DNA of 35,792 bases, from IMG/VR virus record IMGVR_UViG_3300031784_002453, positions 1 through 35,792 of that record, one strand, 5' to 3'. Below, piece by piece: positions 8,352 through 17,016 of this stretch (position 1 is the first letter of the stretch; the number at the start of each line of letters is the position of its first letter). Below the pieces are notes generated by a model. That model ran no database searches. It had not been told where the DNA came from and saw only the letters and a list, made by a program, of their open reading frames with translations. Origin of the DNA: a virus (lineage: Duplodnaviria; Caudoviricetes). The translations under genes and the position numbers were made by a program.

Positions 8352-9941
8352 TTACAACAACCAAGTTAAACTTTCTTTTTTATCATTTACGGTAAAATCC
8401 ATTGTCTTATGATGATCGGCAATAGGACTTACATCTTTATGCATAATAACTGGACTAGAGACTTTTGATATCTTTGAGATCATTGCTTTATTATAAGCAA
8501 TTTGATCATTTCTAAGTCTTAGTGCAGTTTCACGCACCCACAAACCAATGCCCATAGACATCACTAAGTCATCATTATAACCTCTCATTGCCTCGGCTTT
8601 AGGTCCGTTCCATATAAACACATTTAGTTCTTCAAACAATCTTCTAGACTTCATAATAACTTGTTTTTGTCTGAAGAATAACTCTAAATTACTTACGATT
8701 AATGGTCTGTTTTTACTGGTTGTAGTAAATCCCGCAACTAATTTTTTATCTTGAGTATTTAACTTATTACTATATGATTTCTCTACATCTACAATAGTAA
8801 GATCTGTTGCGCTATAAAATGTATTCTGGTAATCTCTATCTATAATTTGTTGAAGTGTTCCCCATCCTACGTTATTATTTTCTACGACCAATAAAGCATT
8901 GTTATACTCCGTTGCAACGCTAACCAATAGATTTCCATAATCTTTAGTAGTTAATTGTCCTTTGTATTCAGCAACTTGTTCCATGGTTTCAACATCGATT
9001 ACATGAAATGCACTGAAATCTCCTCCGTCACCTCTAGCGCAGTCTGCCGTTAATAGATAATTTCTACTATAATTTGGATAATCCCATATCCATAAATCTT
9101 GATTGTTACCTCGTTTTTCTATGGGATCTTTCAAATAAGTCTGTTTATAAAACTCAAGAACATCTACACTCACAACTTGATTACCAGATGTACTAAAGTC
9201 GCAATCACATTCTTGTGCTGCACCTTTTGCACCTGATAGTTCTGTTTGTTTATCTCTCCAAACTTGGTCTCTTTCTGGATGTAAATGCCATGGCAATCTT
9301 ATAGTCTTGAAATTATTCTTGCCTTCTTCAGCTTCTACCCACGTTTTATGGAAGAAATTACCTACACCGTTTGGCGTACTCAATATAATAGCTCTACCGC
9401 CAGTAGATAGTGTATATTGTGCTGACAACCAGATTTCTTCAATACCATCGATGAATGCAGCTTCGTCAATGATTAGTAACGATAGTGCTGATGAACGACC
9501 AGCTGTACCAGCAGAGGATACTGCTTTGATTTGTGATCCATTCTTTAAACGAAGTGACAAACGATTGTCTTCCACACATGGTACTTTTAACCAAGATGGC
9601 AAGTTATCGTTAGCAAATCTAACTTTGGTAACAATTTCTTTTGCGGTTTCTTGTGTAATACTAATACAAAGAATATTCTTATCGTTGTGGAATGTCATTA
9701 ACCACAAACTATAAGCCGCTGTAAGAGTACTAATACCCATCTGACGGCTTTTAAGAACGATGTTTAACTGATTATCAACGAAATCTTGTAAAGCCTCTTC
9801 TTGGAATGGATATAGTTCAAATCCAACGGTGCCTCTGATAGGATGTTGGATTTTAACGTATTTTTTCATGAAGTATATAGGATCTTCTATACACTTCTTA
9901 TATTCACTTTTTATTATTTCTCTTAGATTTGGCTGACTCAT
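8352..9941 (-). CDS. gp17: Terminase large subunit, T4 gp17-like, 529 aa
   Basis: DPIYFMKKYVKI, LYPFQ, Walker A KSRQMGIST, Walker B LLIIDEAAF, STPNG, and nuclease motifs ADCARGDGGDFS, VENN and NDDLVMS. Confidence 0.96.
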   Translation of the reverse strand: MSQPNLREIIKSEYKKCIEDPIYFMKKYVKIQHPIRGTVGFELYPFQEEALQDFVDNQLNIVLKSRQMGISTLTAAYSLWLMTFHNDKNILCISITQETAKEIVTKVRFANDNLPSWLKVPCVEDNRLSLRLKNGSQIKAVSSAGTAGRSSALSLLIIDEAAFIDGIEEIWLSAQYTLSTGGRAIILSTPNGVGNFFHKTWVEAEEGKNNFKTIRLPWHLHPERDQVWRDKQTELSGAKGAAQECDCDFSTSGNQVVSVDVLEFYKQTYLKDPIEKRGNNQDLWIWDYPNYSRNYLLTADCARGDGGDFSAFHVIDVETMEQVAEYKGQLTTKDYGNLLVSVATEYNNALLVVENNNVGWGTLQQIIDRDYQNTFYSATDLTIVDVEKSYSNKLNTQDKKLVAGFTTTSKNRPLIVSNLELFFRQKQVIMKSRRLFEELNVFIWNGPKAEAMRGYNDDLVMSMGIGLWVRETALRLRNDQIAYNKAMISKISKVSSPVIMHKDVSPIADHHKTMDFTVNDKKESLTWLL

Positions 9942-10545
9942 ATTTCTCTTCGTAATCTTTTATCTTAGCATTAATTTCAGTTAAACCGTCGTTGATTTTA
10001 ATTAAATCATTGGTTACATCCTCAAGTATTTTAGTATAATCTTGTACGCCTTCCCAACGTTCAAACGAACCATCTTCTTCTAAGAACTCTACCGGTTTAC
10101 CTTGATTTTCTTGACAAAACTTTTGACTTTCTTCAAACTTTTTCTTATAGTCTTCCAAAATACTACGTTCATTTTTAAGATCTTGAAGTTCATTATATAC
10201 TTCAAACATTCCCATCATCTTCAATTCGGTTTGAAAGTTTACAAAACAATCATAACAATATCCTGTTTTTGGCCAAACTCTATCATCTAAGTAATTACCC
10301 CAACGAACATCCATATTACATTTCTTACAACGTTGTTCGTTGATAATCATCGCTCGTTTTGGAACTCTACGTTTACTACCATTTTTCCAAATCCATTTAC
10401 GACCTTGACTATCCTCCCATTGTTCACCTTCTTTACGTTTACCGTTTTCCAAATTGGGATCATAACCAACTTGTACGAATGGACGATTACCTTCTAGGTA
10501 ATCTTTAACAATACCCAGATTACTTTTACCTGATGCTTTTTTCAT
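9904..10545 (-). CDS. Hypothetical protein with CxxC...CxxC zinc-finger-like motif and coiled coil, 213 aa
   Basis: CKKC and CYDC pairs; overlaps the terminase start by 38 nt. Confidence 0.8.
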   Translation of the reverse strand: MKKASGKSNLGIVKDYLEGNRPFVQVGYDPNLENGKRKEGEQWEDSQGRKWIWKNGSKRRVPKRAMIINEQRCKKCNMDVRWGNYLDDRVWPKTGYCYDCFVNFQTELKMMGMFEVYNELQDLKNERSILEDYKKKFEESQKFCQENQGKPVEFLEEDGSFERWEGVQDYTKILEDVTNDLIKINDGLTEINAKIKDYEEKYESAKSKRNNKK

Positions 10546-10563
10546 AACAAATACGTATTTAAT

Positions 10564-11598
10564 TTATTTCTTAAACTTGCTGCCGAGACCTTTTATAATA
10601 AAACTTCCTGTAATTTTAAATGGATTTCCGTAAATACTAGAATCTCTTACCACAATTCCTTCGTGTTTATCCAAATCTCCGATTTCACTTGTAGCATTTC
10701 TCAACACTTCGTCGCCTAATTTAATTGTGGTTAAATAAACGATTGTATCATTAACTATTTTATTTATATCTTGACCTGGAAAATCCTGGCTAATATTTTT
10801 ACTATCAACTGCTTTCAAAAATTGTTCGCGGGTAATAAGTGGAGTTTTAAACTTTAATCCTTTCAACCAATCTTTTAGAGACTTAGTTACAGCTTCACCC
10901 GTTGGATACAATGTAACTGGTTGTGTTAAAACACTAGCTAGTTTTGGTTCTGATTTGAAAGTAGTGTCAATGCTACCCAACACTTTAAAACCACGTTTCA
11001 TAGCAACCTTATTTAATTTATTGATATAAGATTGCATTGCTGATTTGTCATATGGTATTTCAACTGCTTCTCTTGATTTAACACTACCGTCTTTACCAAA
11101 TGTTTTTGGTTTAATTTCTTTTAATCCATGAATAGCTAAAAAGTTTCCAATTTCACCATATCCCAAAACATTGGTTTGACCTTCTACATATTCAACGTTA
11201 AATAGTATATTTGGATTATCCAACAATCCTAATGTCTTTAATTCAGATCTTGTAGATGGAATTGCTTCGTCAAATATGTTAATAACATTTGTTCCTATGT
11301 TAATAAATCCATGTCCAGTTCCAAATCTTGTTTCTAGATCTTCGGGTCTCATTCCTTTAAGATCCAATGGCTTTGCACTACCACGATCCATCACAAATTG
11401 ACCATTCACAAGACGAATACTAGCATTTACACCATCAATTTTTACACTACCAGCGCCTTGTTTTAGTGATTTGACTGCTTTTGAAAATACGTCAACTAAT
11501 TTTGCGCCTGTATTGACAAAATCAAATGGATGTGCCATATGACCTCCGGCACCGCCTTCTTGTATTACTTCATTTAAAATATTATTCAGCTTTATCAT
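10564..11598 (-). CDS. Putative ATP-dependent ligase-like nucleotidyltransferase, 344 aa
   Basis: KxDG (VKIDG), NVEYV, EGIVVR and FKITG occur in the order of covalent nucleotidyltransferase motifs I, III, IV and V; N-terminal EGGAGGHMAHPFD. Confidence 0.55.
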   Translation of the reverse strand: MIKLNNILNEVIQEGGAGGHMAHPFDFVNTGAKLVDVFSKAVKSLKQGAGSVKIDGVNASIRLVNGQFVMDRGSAKPLDLKGMRPEDLETRFGTGHGFINIGTNVINIFDEAIPSTRSELKTLGLLDNPNILFNVEYVEGQTNVLGYGEIGNFLAIHGLKEIKPKTFGKDGSVKSREAVEIPYDKSAMQSYINKLNKVAMKRGFKVLGSIDTTFKSEPKLASVLTQPVTLYPTGEAVTKSLKDWLKGLKFKTPLITREQFLKAVDSKNISQDFPGQDINKIVNDTIVYLTTIKLGDEVLRNATSEIGDLDKHEGIVVRDSSIYGNPFKITGSFIIKGLGSKFKK

Positions 11599-12367
11599 AT
11601 GGTTTTAAAAATGTTTTATCAAATACTCTAATTGCTTTATCATAGGATCGTTTGGTTTCGTCTGTATCATCTTGTGTAAACTGCCAGTTCCAAAATAATT
11701 GATCTGGAGTTTGAAATTTATAATATTCACCAAGCACAAATTTTTGTGTATCTACAACTTGTTTTCCGTGCCAGTTTTGACCAACCGCAATAAATCCAGC
11801 TTCAATATCTTTTACTATATTCTTTTCTCCCATCGTGGAATGTCTGTTTTCAATCCAAGTCAATCTCTCAATTAACTTTTGGTAGTATCCATTTGCTTGT
11901 CCCCATCTTATACTAGCAAAAAATACAACACAGTCACTTTCAAACAATTCTTTGGTAATCTTCCAAAGTTCATCTCCTTTTTCATTTAAACTAGCCCAAC
12001 AACGATGATATCCACTTGGATTTTTATCTTTATCTTTTAATAAAGCGCCTGCTGCACCGCAGTGATTTCCTCCATATTTCATATTACTACTTACATTACC
12101 TTCACATGGAGCTATATTTAAACTGGGTACTTCTATTAGTGTTACTTTCTCTTTACCTAATAGTTCTTGTATTTTAATTGCTAATTGTGTACTCTTGGGA
12201 ACATCATCTTTATGTTTACTCCATCTATTACTAGTTGTAAGCAATAATACTTTATTTTTAGTTCGTAAATAGTCTATAGTCTTCTTGTATTTACGAGCAT
12301 AAAGATCCATGTCTTGCTCACTTTGAGGAAGTTTTGCTTCTAATAATAGGTCAGATAAACTAATCAT
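11582..12367 (-). CDS. Flavodoxin-fold protein (NAD(P)H-dependent FMN reductase / iron-sulfur flavoprotein-like), 261 aa
   Basis: VLLLTTSNR...KST phosphate-loop-like segment, IAPCEG..C..C region, and SDCVVFFASIRWGQANGYYQKLIERL matching the family pattern D-x3-F-x-S/P-x-W-G...L-I-D/E-R-L. Confidence 0.75.
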   Translation of the reverse strand: MISLSDLLLEAKLPQSEQDMDLYARKYKKTIDYLRTKNKVLLLTTSNRWSKHKDDVPKSTQLAIKIQELLGKEKVTLIEVPSLNIAPCEGNVSSNMKYGGNHCGAAGALLKDKDKNPSGYHRCWASLNEKGDELWKITKELFESDCVVFFASIRWGQANGYYQKLIERLTWIENRHSTMGEKNIVKDIEAGFIAVGQNWHGKQVVDTQKFVLGEYYKFQTPDQLFWNWQFTQDDTDETKRSYDKAIRVFDKTFLKPYDKAE

Positions 12368-12654
12368 TTGGTTAGATCTTCTAATTTACTTTGCATGGTC
12401 ATCCCACGAATAACTTCAGGTGTACCGCCATTGTCTCTATTAAAATATCTTTTATAATTACTTAATGCTACGTCTAACTTTGCTTTATCGATGGGTTCGT
12501 TTGATATAATATCTTTTATCATCTTTAAATTATTAACAACTAAAACATTTGTATCGTCAATTACTTCATCGATTAATTTTAAAAGAGATGGATCTAATGC
12601 TTCTTTAACTTGTGGGTTGGTTAAATCCTCAACGATTCGTGTTAATAATATCAT
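12364..12654 (-). CDS. Hypothetical protein, 96 aa
   Basis: ATGA overlap with the next gene; promoter motif directly upstream. Confidence 0.75.
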   Translation of the reverse strand: MILLTRIVEDLTNPQVKEALDPSLLKLIDEVIDDTNVLVVNNLKMIKDIISNEPIDKAKLDVALSNYKRYFNRDNGGTPEVIRGMTMQSKLEDLTK

Positions 12655-12658
12655 AATA

Positions 12659-12666
12659 TATAAATA
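12659..12666 (-). promoter_or_regulatory. Putative late promoter TATTTATA
   Basis: Just downstream of the sheath terminator and 4 nt before the ATG at 12654. Confidence 0.6.
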
Positions 12667-12674
12667 TACACATC

Positions 12675-12708
12675 AAACAAAAAACCCCGCTTATTTCTAA
12701 GCGGGGTT
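12675..12708 (-). terminator. Rho-independent terminator after tail sheath gene
   Basis: Perfect 11-bp stem AACCCCGCTTA/TAAGCGGGGTT (12683-12708), GAAA loop on the minus strand, running into a U-rich tract. Confidence 0.92.
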
Positions 12709-12729
12709 CATTATTACGTTTAACTCAAC

Positions 12730-15700
12730 TTATGCGTTGAAACTAGCACCTGTTGGTAGAATGTTGAAGTCAAGTATGATGAATTCAGCAGTTCTAGTTG
12801 GTTGGATATAGATTTGACCATATAGAATATTACGATCAATCAAGTCAGGAGTATTGTTTTCAGCATCCATCTTAACTTGGAATGCGTAGATACCGTTACG
12901 TTGTTGTACCGATTCCAAATATGGATTTACGATATTCAAGAAACGGTTACGTGTAGAAGCAACGTTTTGTTCGAATACCAAGTAGTTGCTTGAACTTGCG
13001 ATAAACTTCTTCAAGTTGATCAACAAACGACGAACATTGATACGATCCAAAGCGCTTGGTTGAATTTGTAGAGTCTTTTGACCCCAAACTACGATACCTT
13101 GGCCAGGGAATGCTGCGATTGGATTTACACGACCTTCATATAGTGTATCACGTTCACCGTGTGTTACTCTATCGAGTACTTGTACGGCTTGTGGGATACC
13201 ACCACGGTTTAGACCGGCTGGAGCGTACCATTCAGCAGCAGCATTATCGTTAGCAGCATAAACTGCTGGTAATACTACTGAAGGTGGAACACTGATAATC
13301 TTGTTGGTATTAGTATCTAGGATTTTAACCCAAGGATAATAAGTGGCAACATAATTACTGTCGATGTCAGCTACACTGTTGATAGCAGCGTCGATCAATC
13401 CTACAGTTTGGTTACTTGCTGGGAATACTACGTTATCCATGATGTAGAAACAGTCTTGACGAGTTCCACACATATCAATTACCAATTCGGTAACATAACT
13501 GTGTAGAGAACGGAAGATACCAGGCAATACGATCAAATTGATATCAAACTCATCAGCATTACTTAGAGCAGCAATACATTGTTTGTATGCGATACTACCT
13601 GGACTGTTGATATTTGTACAATCTAGACCTTGTGTATTACCAGCGGTAATGTTACTACCTACATTGATTGGAATTGCTGGCCATTGACCTTCAAATCCAC
13701 CTTGGAATCCAATTACGAATTTACGTAGTTTAACATAAGTAGATTCATTTACAGCGTCATATACTGAAGGAATACTACCGCTCAAACTTGGAGCTAGTAG
13801 AGAACCAGTACATGCTGAGGTACCTTGAGCATAATATTTAGCAGTAGATGTACCATAAACCTTATCTTCAAGATCGAAGTCGATATTCAAACCATTACTA
13901 TCAGCACTTCCAAAATATGGTAGTGGGTTGAAGTATTGTTTTGTGTTGTTATCTACACCAACTCCAAAAGAAGAGGTTGGATATAGAGATTGAATTTCTG
14001 AATCTGAACCTGGGACGGCGCCAAATACTGTTCCAGATGGATATTTGCCTGGTGCTAATCCATAGATACTAGCTTTGCTATATTGTACATATGGTACATA
14101 AATACTAGCTGTACTGTCGATTGGAGTAGTATAAGATTCAAATCCGTATGGTACACATGCAACTGGATAAGCTACATCTGCCATTTCGATTCTAATATAT
14201 CTACTCAAATTAGCATAAGTGCCATATTGAATAATCTTACCTGCGTAAGTAATATAAGCATATCTATCGCCAATTCTACGTGCAATGAAGTTTGCACTGT
14301 CTGGATCAAGATTCAAGTTTTGGAAGATTTCCAAATACTTAGGCTTTTTATCAGTGTCACTGTAAGCACGAACTCCTAGTGTGAATGAACCCCAATCACT
14401 GCCTGGTACTGTGCCTGCCAACTTAACATTACTAATTTCAATCTTGTACTTGCGGTTGCTCAATGTACCATCACTCAAAGTATGAGCTTTGAACAATTGG
14501 AACTTAGTTGGTACAGCAGCTTCATTTGCACTACCTTTGAATGGAGCAATCTTTTGACTGTATACCCATGGAGTGTAAGCATTAGTAATACCAAATTGAC
14601 TGTCGCCAGCGTTTAGATTGGTGCTATATTCGTCTACGAATTTAAGTGGTTCGCCTACAATTGCACTACCTGATAGATTATTTGTACCAATTTGCAATTT
14701 CCAACCAAGCGCATTAGTCTTTTCAGCTACGAACTTCTTGATACTGTCTTCGAACAGTACATAGTTGTAAGCAGCTTCTACTTTTTGACCCGCAATTTGT
14801 TTATCTGGATTTCCAACGGTTGGATCAATTCCAAATACATCTTTGATATAGTTATTATCATTTTCATTCAAACTGAAATCATAATAACCGTATGTACCTG
14901 AACTATTACTACCATTTGGATTTGAGAAACTATATCTCAATGCCAAATTGTAAACATTTTCATTTGGATTGATCAATCCCTTATATGGGAATACACTACT
15001 TGTTAATTGTGATAATGTACTAGTATTAAATCCATATACTTCATAATCACTGCTAAATTGTGTAGCAGCATTTTGAGTATTTGCTAATACTGACAATATC
15101 ATATTTTGACGGCCGTCGATATTTGGATTACATGGATCCGCAACGACTCCTGTACTTGGAGTGAATTTACCGGTAAATTTACCAAATGAACCACTTATTA
15201 CACCAACAACATATATTTGTGCATTACATCCGCCACTTACACGGGATGACGAAATAGCAGCATTTCTTAGATAAATGGTATCAGATGAAATTAGATCCCC
15301 ATTTGTGCTTTCAATCAAAATAGAAGTTGATCCAAATGAACCACTTATACCAGCGTTTGTTCCGCCGCCTGCTTCAGATAAAGCGTATTGTAATTTTGTA
15401 GATCCGCTATAATTCGTACCTTGTACGCTACTAGATACAAATAGTTTACCAGAACCACTTAAAGTAGCTTGTTGTAAGAATGTAAATTGTATTTGTTTAT
15501 TTGCATACAATGTACTACCACTTGTGGAATTTGGATTCAAAGTTGGATCTTCAGCTGCTTGTACTTGAAATGTACCAAGAAATTGAGATCCACTATTGAT
15601 TGTCAATATACCAGTAGTAGTATTGAGCGCTGGTGTATAGTTAAATACACTATTTAAATCAGTGGTAGAAGTATAATCTACAAATACATATGATTTAGTT

Positions 15701-16077
15701 CTTTGTAGAGCACCCGCACTACCAGCACGTTGCCATATACCTGGTTGAGCATATACAATCAATGGATTCTTCTGCCAGTAACCAGTAAGACCACCTACAC
15801 GAACAACGGTAACGATACCTTGTTGCTGTAGATATTCTTTAGCGGTATATGGTCCGTAGTATACTCCATCAGCTACACCGAATGTACTTTCCAATGTAGA
15901 AACATCAGAAATTGTTGCTGGGAAGAATGCTGGACCGTCTGCAAATGGAGCAACTATGGCTCCACCTATGTTTGCGACTCCTTGGGCTAGTGCCGAAAGG
16001 TCATTTTCACGGGTAAAAACTCCCGGACTTACTATATTTTGTGTTGGTGCGAATGTTCCACCTTCTTGTATTGGCAT
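12730..16077 (-). CDS. gp18: Contractile tail sheath protein, gp18-like, 1115 aa
   Basis: N-terminal SPGVFTREND; C-terminal YYPWV, VPPS, WYAPAGLNRG, LYEGRVNPI, VWGQKTLQ, SALDRINVRRL, VFEQN and IQPTRTAEFI. GAAAGG upstream of the start. Confidence 0.96.
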   Translation of the reverse strand: MPIQEGGTFAPTQNIVSPGVFTRENDLSALAQGVANIGGAIVAPFADGPAFFPATISDVSTLESTFGVADGVYYGPYTAKEYLQQQGIVTVVRVGGLTGYWQKNPLIVYAQPGIWQRAGSAGALQRTKSYVFVDYTSTTDLNSVFNYTPALNTTTGILTINSGSQFLGTFQVQAAEDPTLNPNSTSGSTLYANKQIQFTFLQQATLSGSGKLFVSSSVQGTNYSGSTKLQYALSEAGGGTNAGISGSFGSTSILIESTNGDLISSDTIYLRNAAISSSRVSGGCNAQIYVVGVISGSFGKFTGKFTPSTGVVADPCNPNIDGRQNMILSVLANTQNAATQFSSDYEVYGFNTSTLSQLTSSVFPYKGLINPNENVYNLALRYSFSNPNGSNSSGTYGYYDFSLNENDNNYIKDVFGIDPTVGNPDKQIAGQKVEAAYNYVLFEDSIKKFVAEKTNALGWKLQIGTNNLSGSAIVGEPLKFVDEYSTNLNAGDSQFGITNAYTPWVYSQKIAPFKGSANEAAVPTKFQLFKAHTLSDGTLSNRKYKIEISNVKLAGTVPGSDWGSFTLGVRAYSDTDKKPKYLEIFQNLNLDPDSANFIARRIGDRYAYITYAGKIIQYGTYANLSRYIRIEMADVAYPVACVPYGFESYTTPIDSTASIYVPYVQYSKASIYGLAPGKYPSGTVFGAVPGSDSEIQSLYPTSSFGVGVDNNTKQYFNPLPYFGSADSNGLNIDFDLEDKVYGTSTAKYYAQGTSACTGSLLAPSLSGSIPSVYDAVNESTYVKLRKFVIGFQGGFEGQWPAIPINVGSNITAGNTQGLDCTNINSPGSIAYKQCIAALSNADEFDINLIVLPGIFRSLHSYVTELVIDMCGTRQDCFYIMDNVVFPASNQTVGLIDAAINSVADIDSNYVATYYPWVKILDTNTNKIISVPPSVVLPAVYAANDNAAAEWYAPAGLNRGGIPQAVQVLDRVTHGERDTLYEGRVNPIAAFPGQGIVVWGQKTLQIQPSALDRINVRRLLINLKKFIASSSNYLVFEQNVASTRNRFLNIVNPYLESVQQRNGIYAFQVKMDAENNTPDLIDRNILYGQIYIQPTRTAEFIILDFNILPTGASFNA

Positions 16078-16111
16078 AATTTTAATATCCTTTCAAAAGT
16101 TATATTTAATC

Positions 16112-16119
16112 TATAAATA
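16112..16119 (-). promoter_or_regulatory. Putative late promoter TATTTATA for tail sheath
   Basis: 34 nt upstream of the sheath ATG. Confidence 0.6.
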
Positions 16120-16170
16120 TAATCAAAAAATTCGAAGATGAAACTATTTATTATATCTTTTATTATTTTA

Positions 16171-17016
16171 TTATAATTCTCGTATAACTCGGTCGATTTG
16201 TTCTTTTACCATATCAAATGTAATCTTTTTGCTGCATTCAAAGTCTTTTTGTCTTGGGCAGTACATCCAACCACTTAATATGCCATCTTTGTTATTTATG
16301 GACGGATCGTTTAAACATCCATGGCATACATTTTTATTAATAACTCTATAACAATTGCTTGTAAATTCATTATACTCATCTGTACAGCCTGAAATTAATA
16401 CTACTTTTTTATTCAATGACCAAGCTAGCCAGCTTAAACCGCTACTTAGTCCTATGAAGAAAGAACAATTTTTTAACTGTTCTATTCTATATTCTATTGG
16501 ATAGTTGCCTGTTTCGTTAAATGCTTTCTTAGGAATCGTATTCCATTTTTCTTTAGAGCCAAATACTTCATCTTTATCTATGACATAAACATCGTACCCC
16601 ATTGATTTTAAATACTTGACTACAGAATCCCAACCAGCTGAATTATTCCAGTACTTTAATTGAGCAGTTGAATGTGTACCTATGCAAACGTATTTTTTCT
16701 TTTTATTAAACTTGTGTATGCCTGTTTGTTTTATTGTGGGTATAATTTCTTTATATTCTATACCCAATTGATCACACGCTAACTTTTGAATAGGCACGTT
16801 TTTGAAATGAAAGTGTATCTCATAATATTTATCGTATTTCATTTCCATTTTAGGATCAACGAAATAAACATTTGAGTTTTCTGATGTTAAGATCTTAAAA
16901 TACTTTGTTTTTACGTAAACACTTCCCCCATAAATTTTTTGGTATTCATCTGCATATGGCGAAAAAGCAATGCTATCGCCAAGAGCATCTGTGCAAAAAT
17001 TAATAACCGTGTTCAT
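16171..17016 (-). CDS. Autotransporter O-heptosyltransferase (TibC/Aah)-like glycosyltransferase lacking the N-terminal beta-barrel, 281 aa
   Basis: ALGDSIAF, YVCIGTHSTAQLKYWNN..GW, FFIGLSSGLSWLAW, VVLISG...EF, and iron-finger-like VCHGCLND...CPR...FECSK. Confidence 0.85.
   Translation of the reverse strand: MNTVINFCTDALGDSIAFSPYADEYQKIYGGSVYVKTKYFKILTSENSNVYFVDPKMEMKYDKYYEIHFHFKNVPIQKLACDQLGIEYKEIIPTIKQTGIHKFNKKKKYVCIGTHSTAQLKYWNNSAGWDSVVKYLKSMGYDVYVIDKDEVFGSKEKWNTIPKKAFNETGNYPIEYRIEQLKNCSFFIGLSSGLSWLAWSLNKKVVLISGCTDEYNEFTSNCYRVINKNVCHGCLNDPSINNKDGILSGWMYCPRQKDFECSKKITFDMVKEQIDRVIREL

Noticed and set aside
6427-9941. Inteins, introns or homing endonucleases in terminase or portal
   Set aside because: The ORFs are continuous with normal motif spacing; no splice-junction or endonuclease motifs seen.
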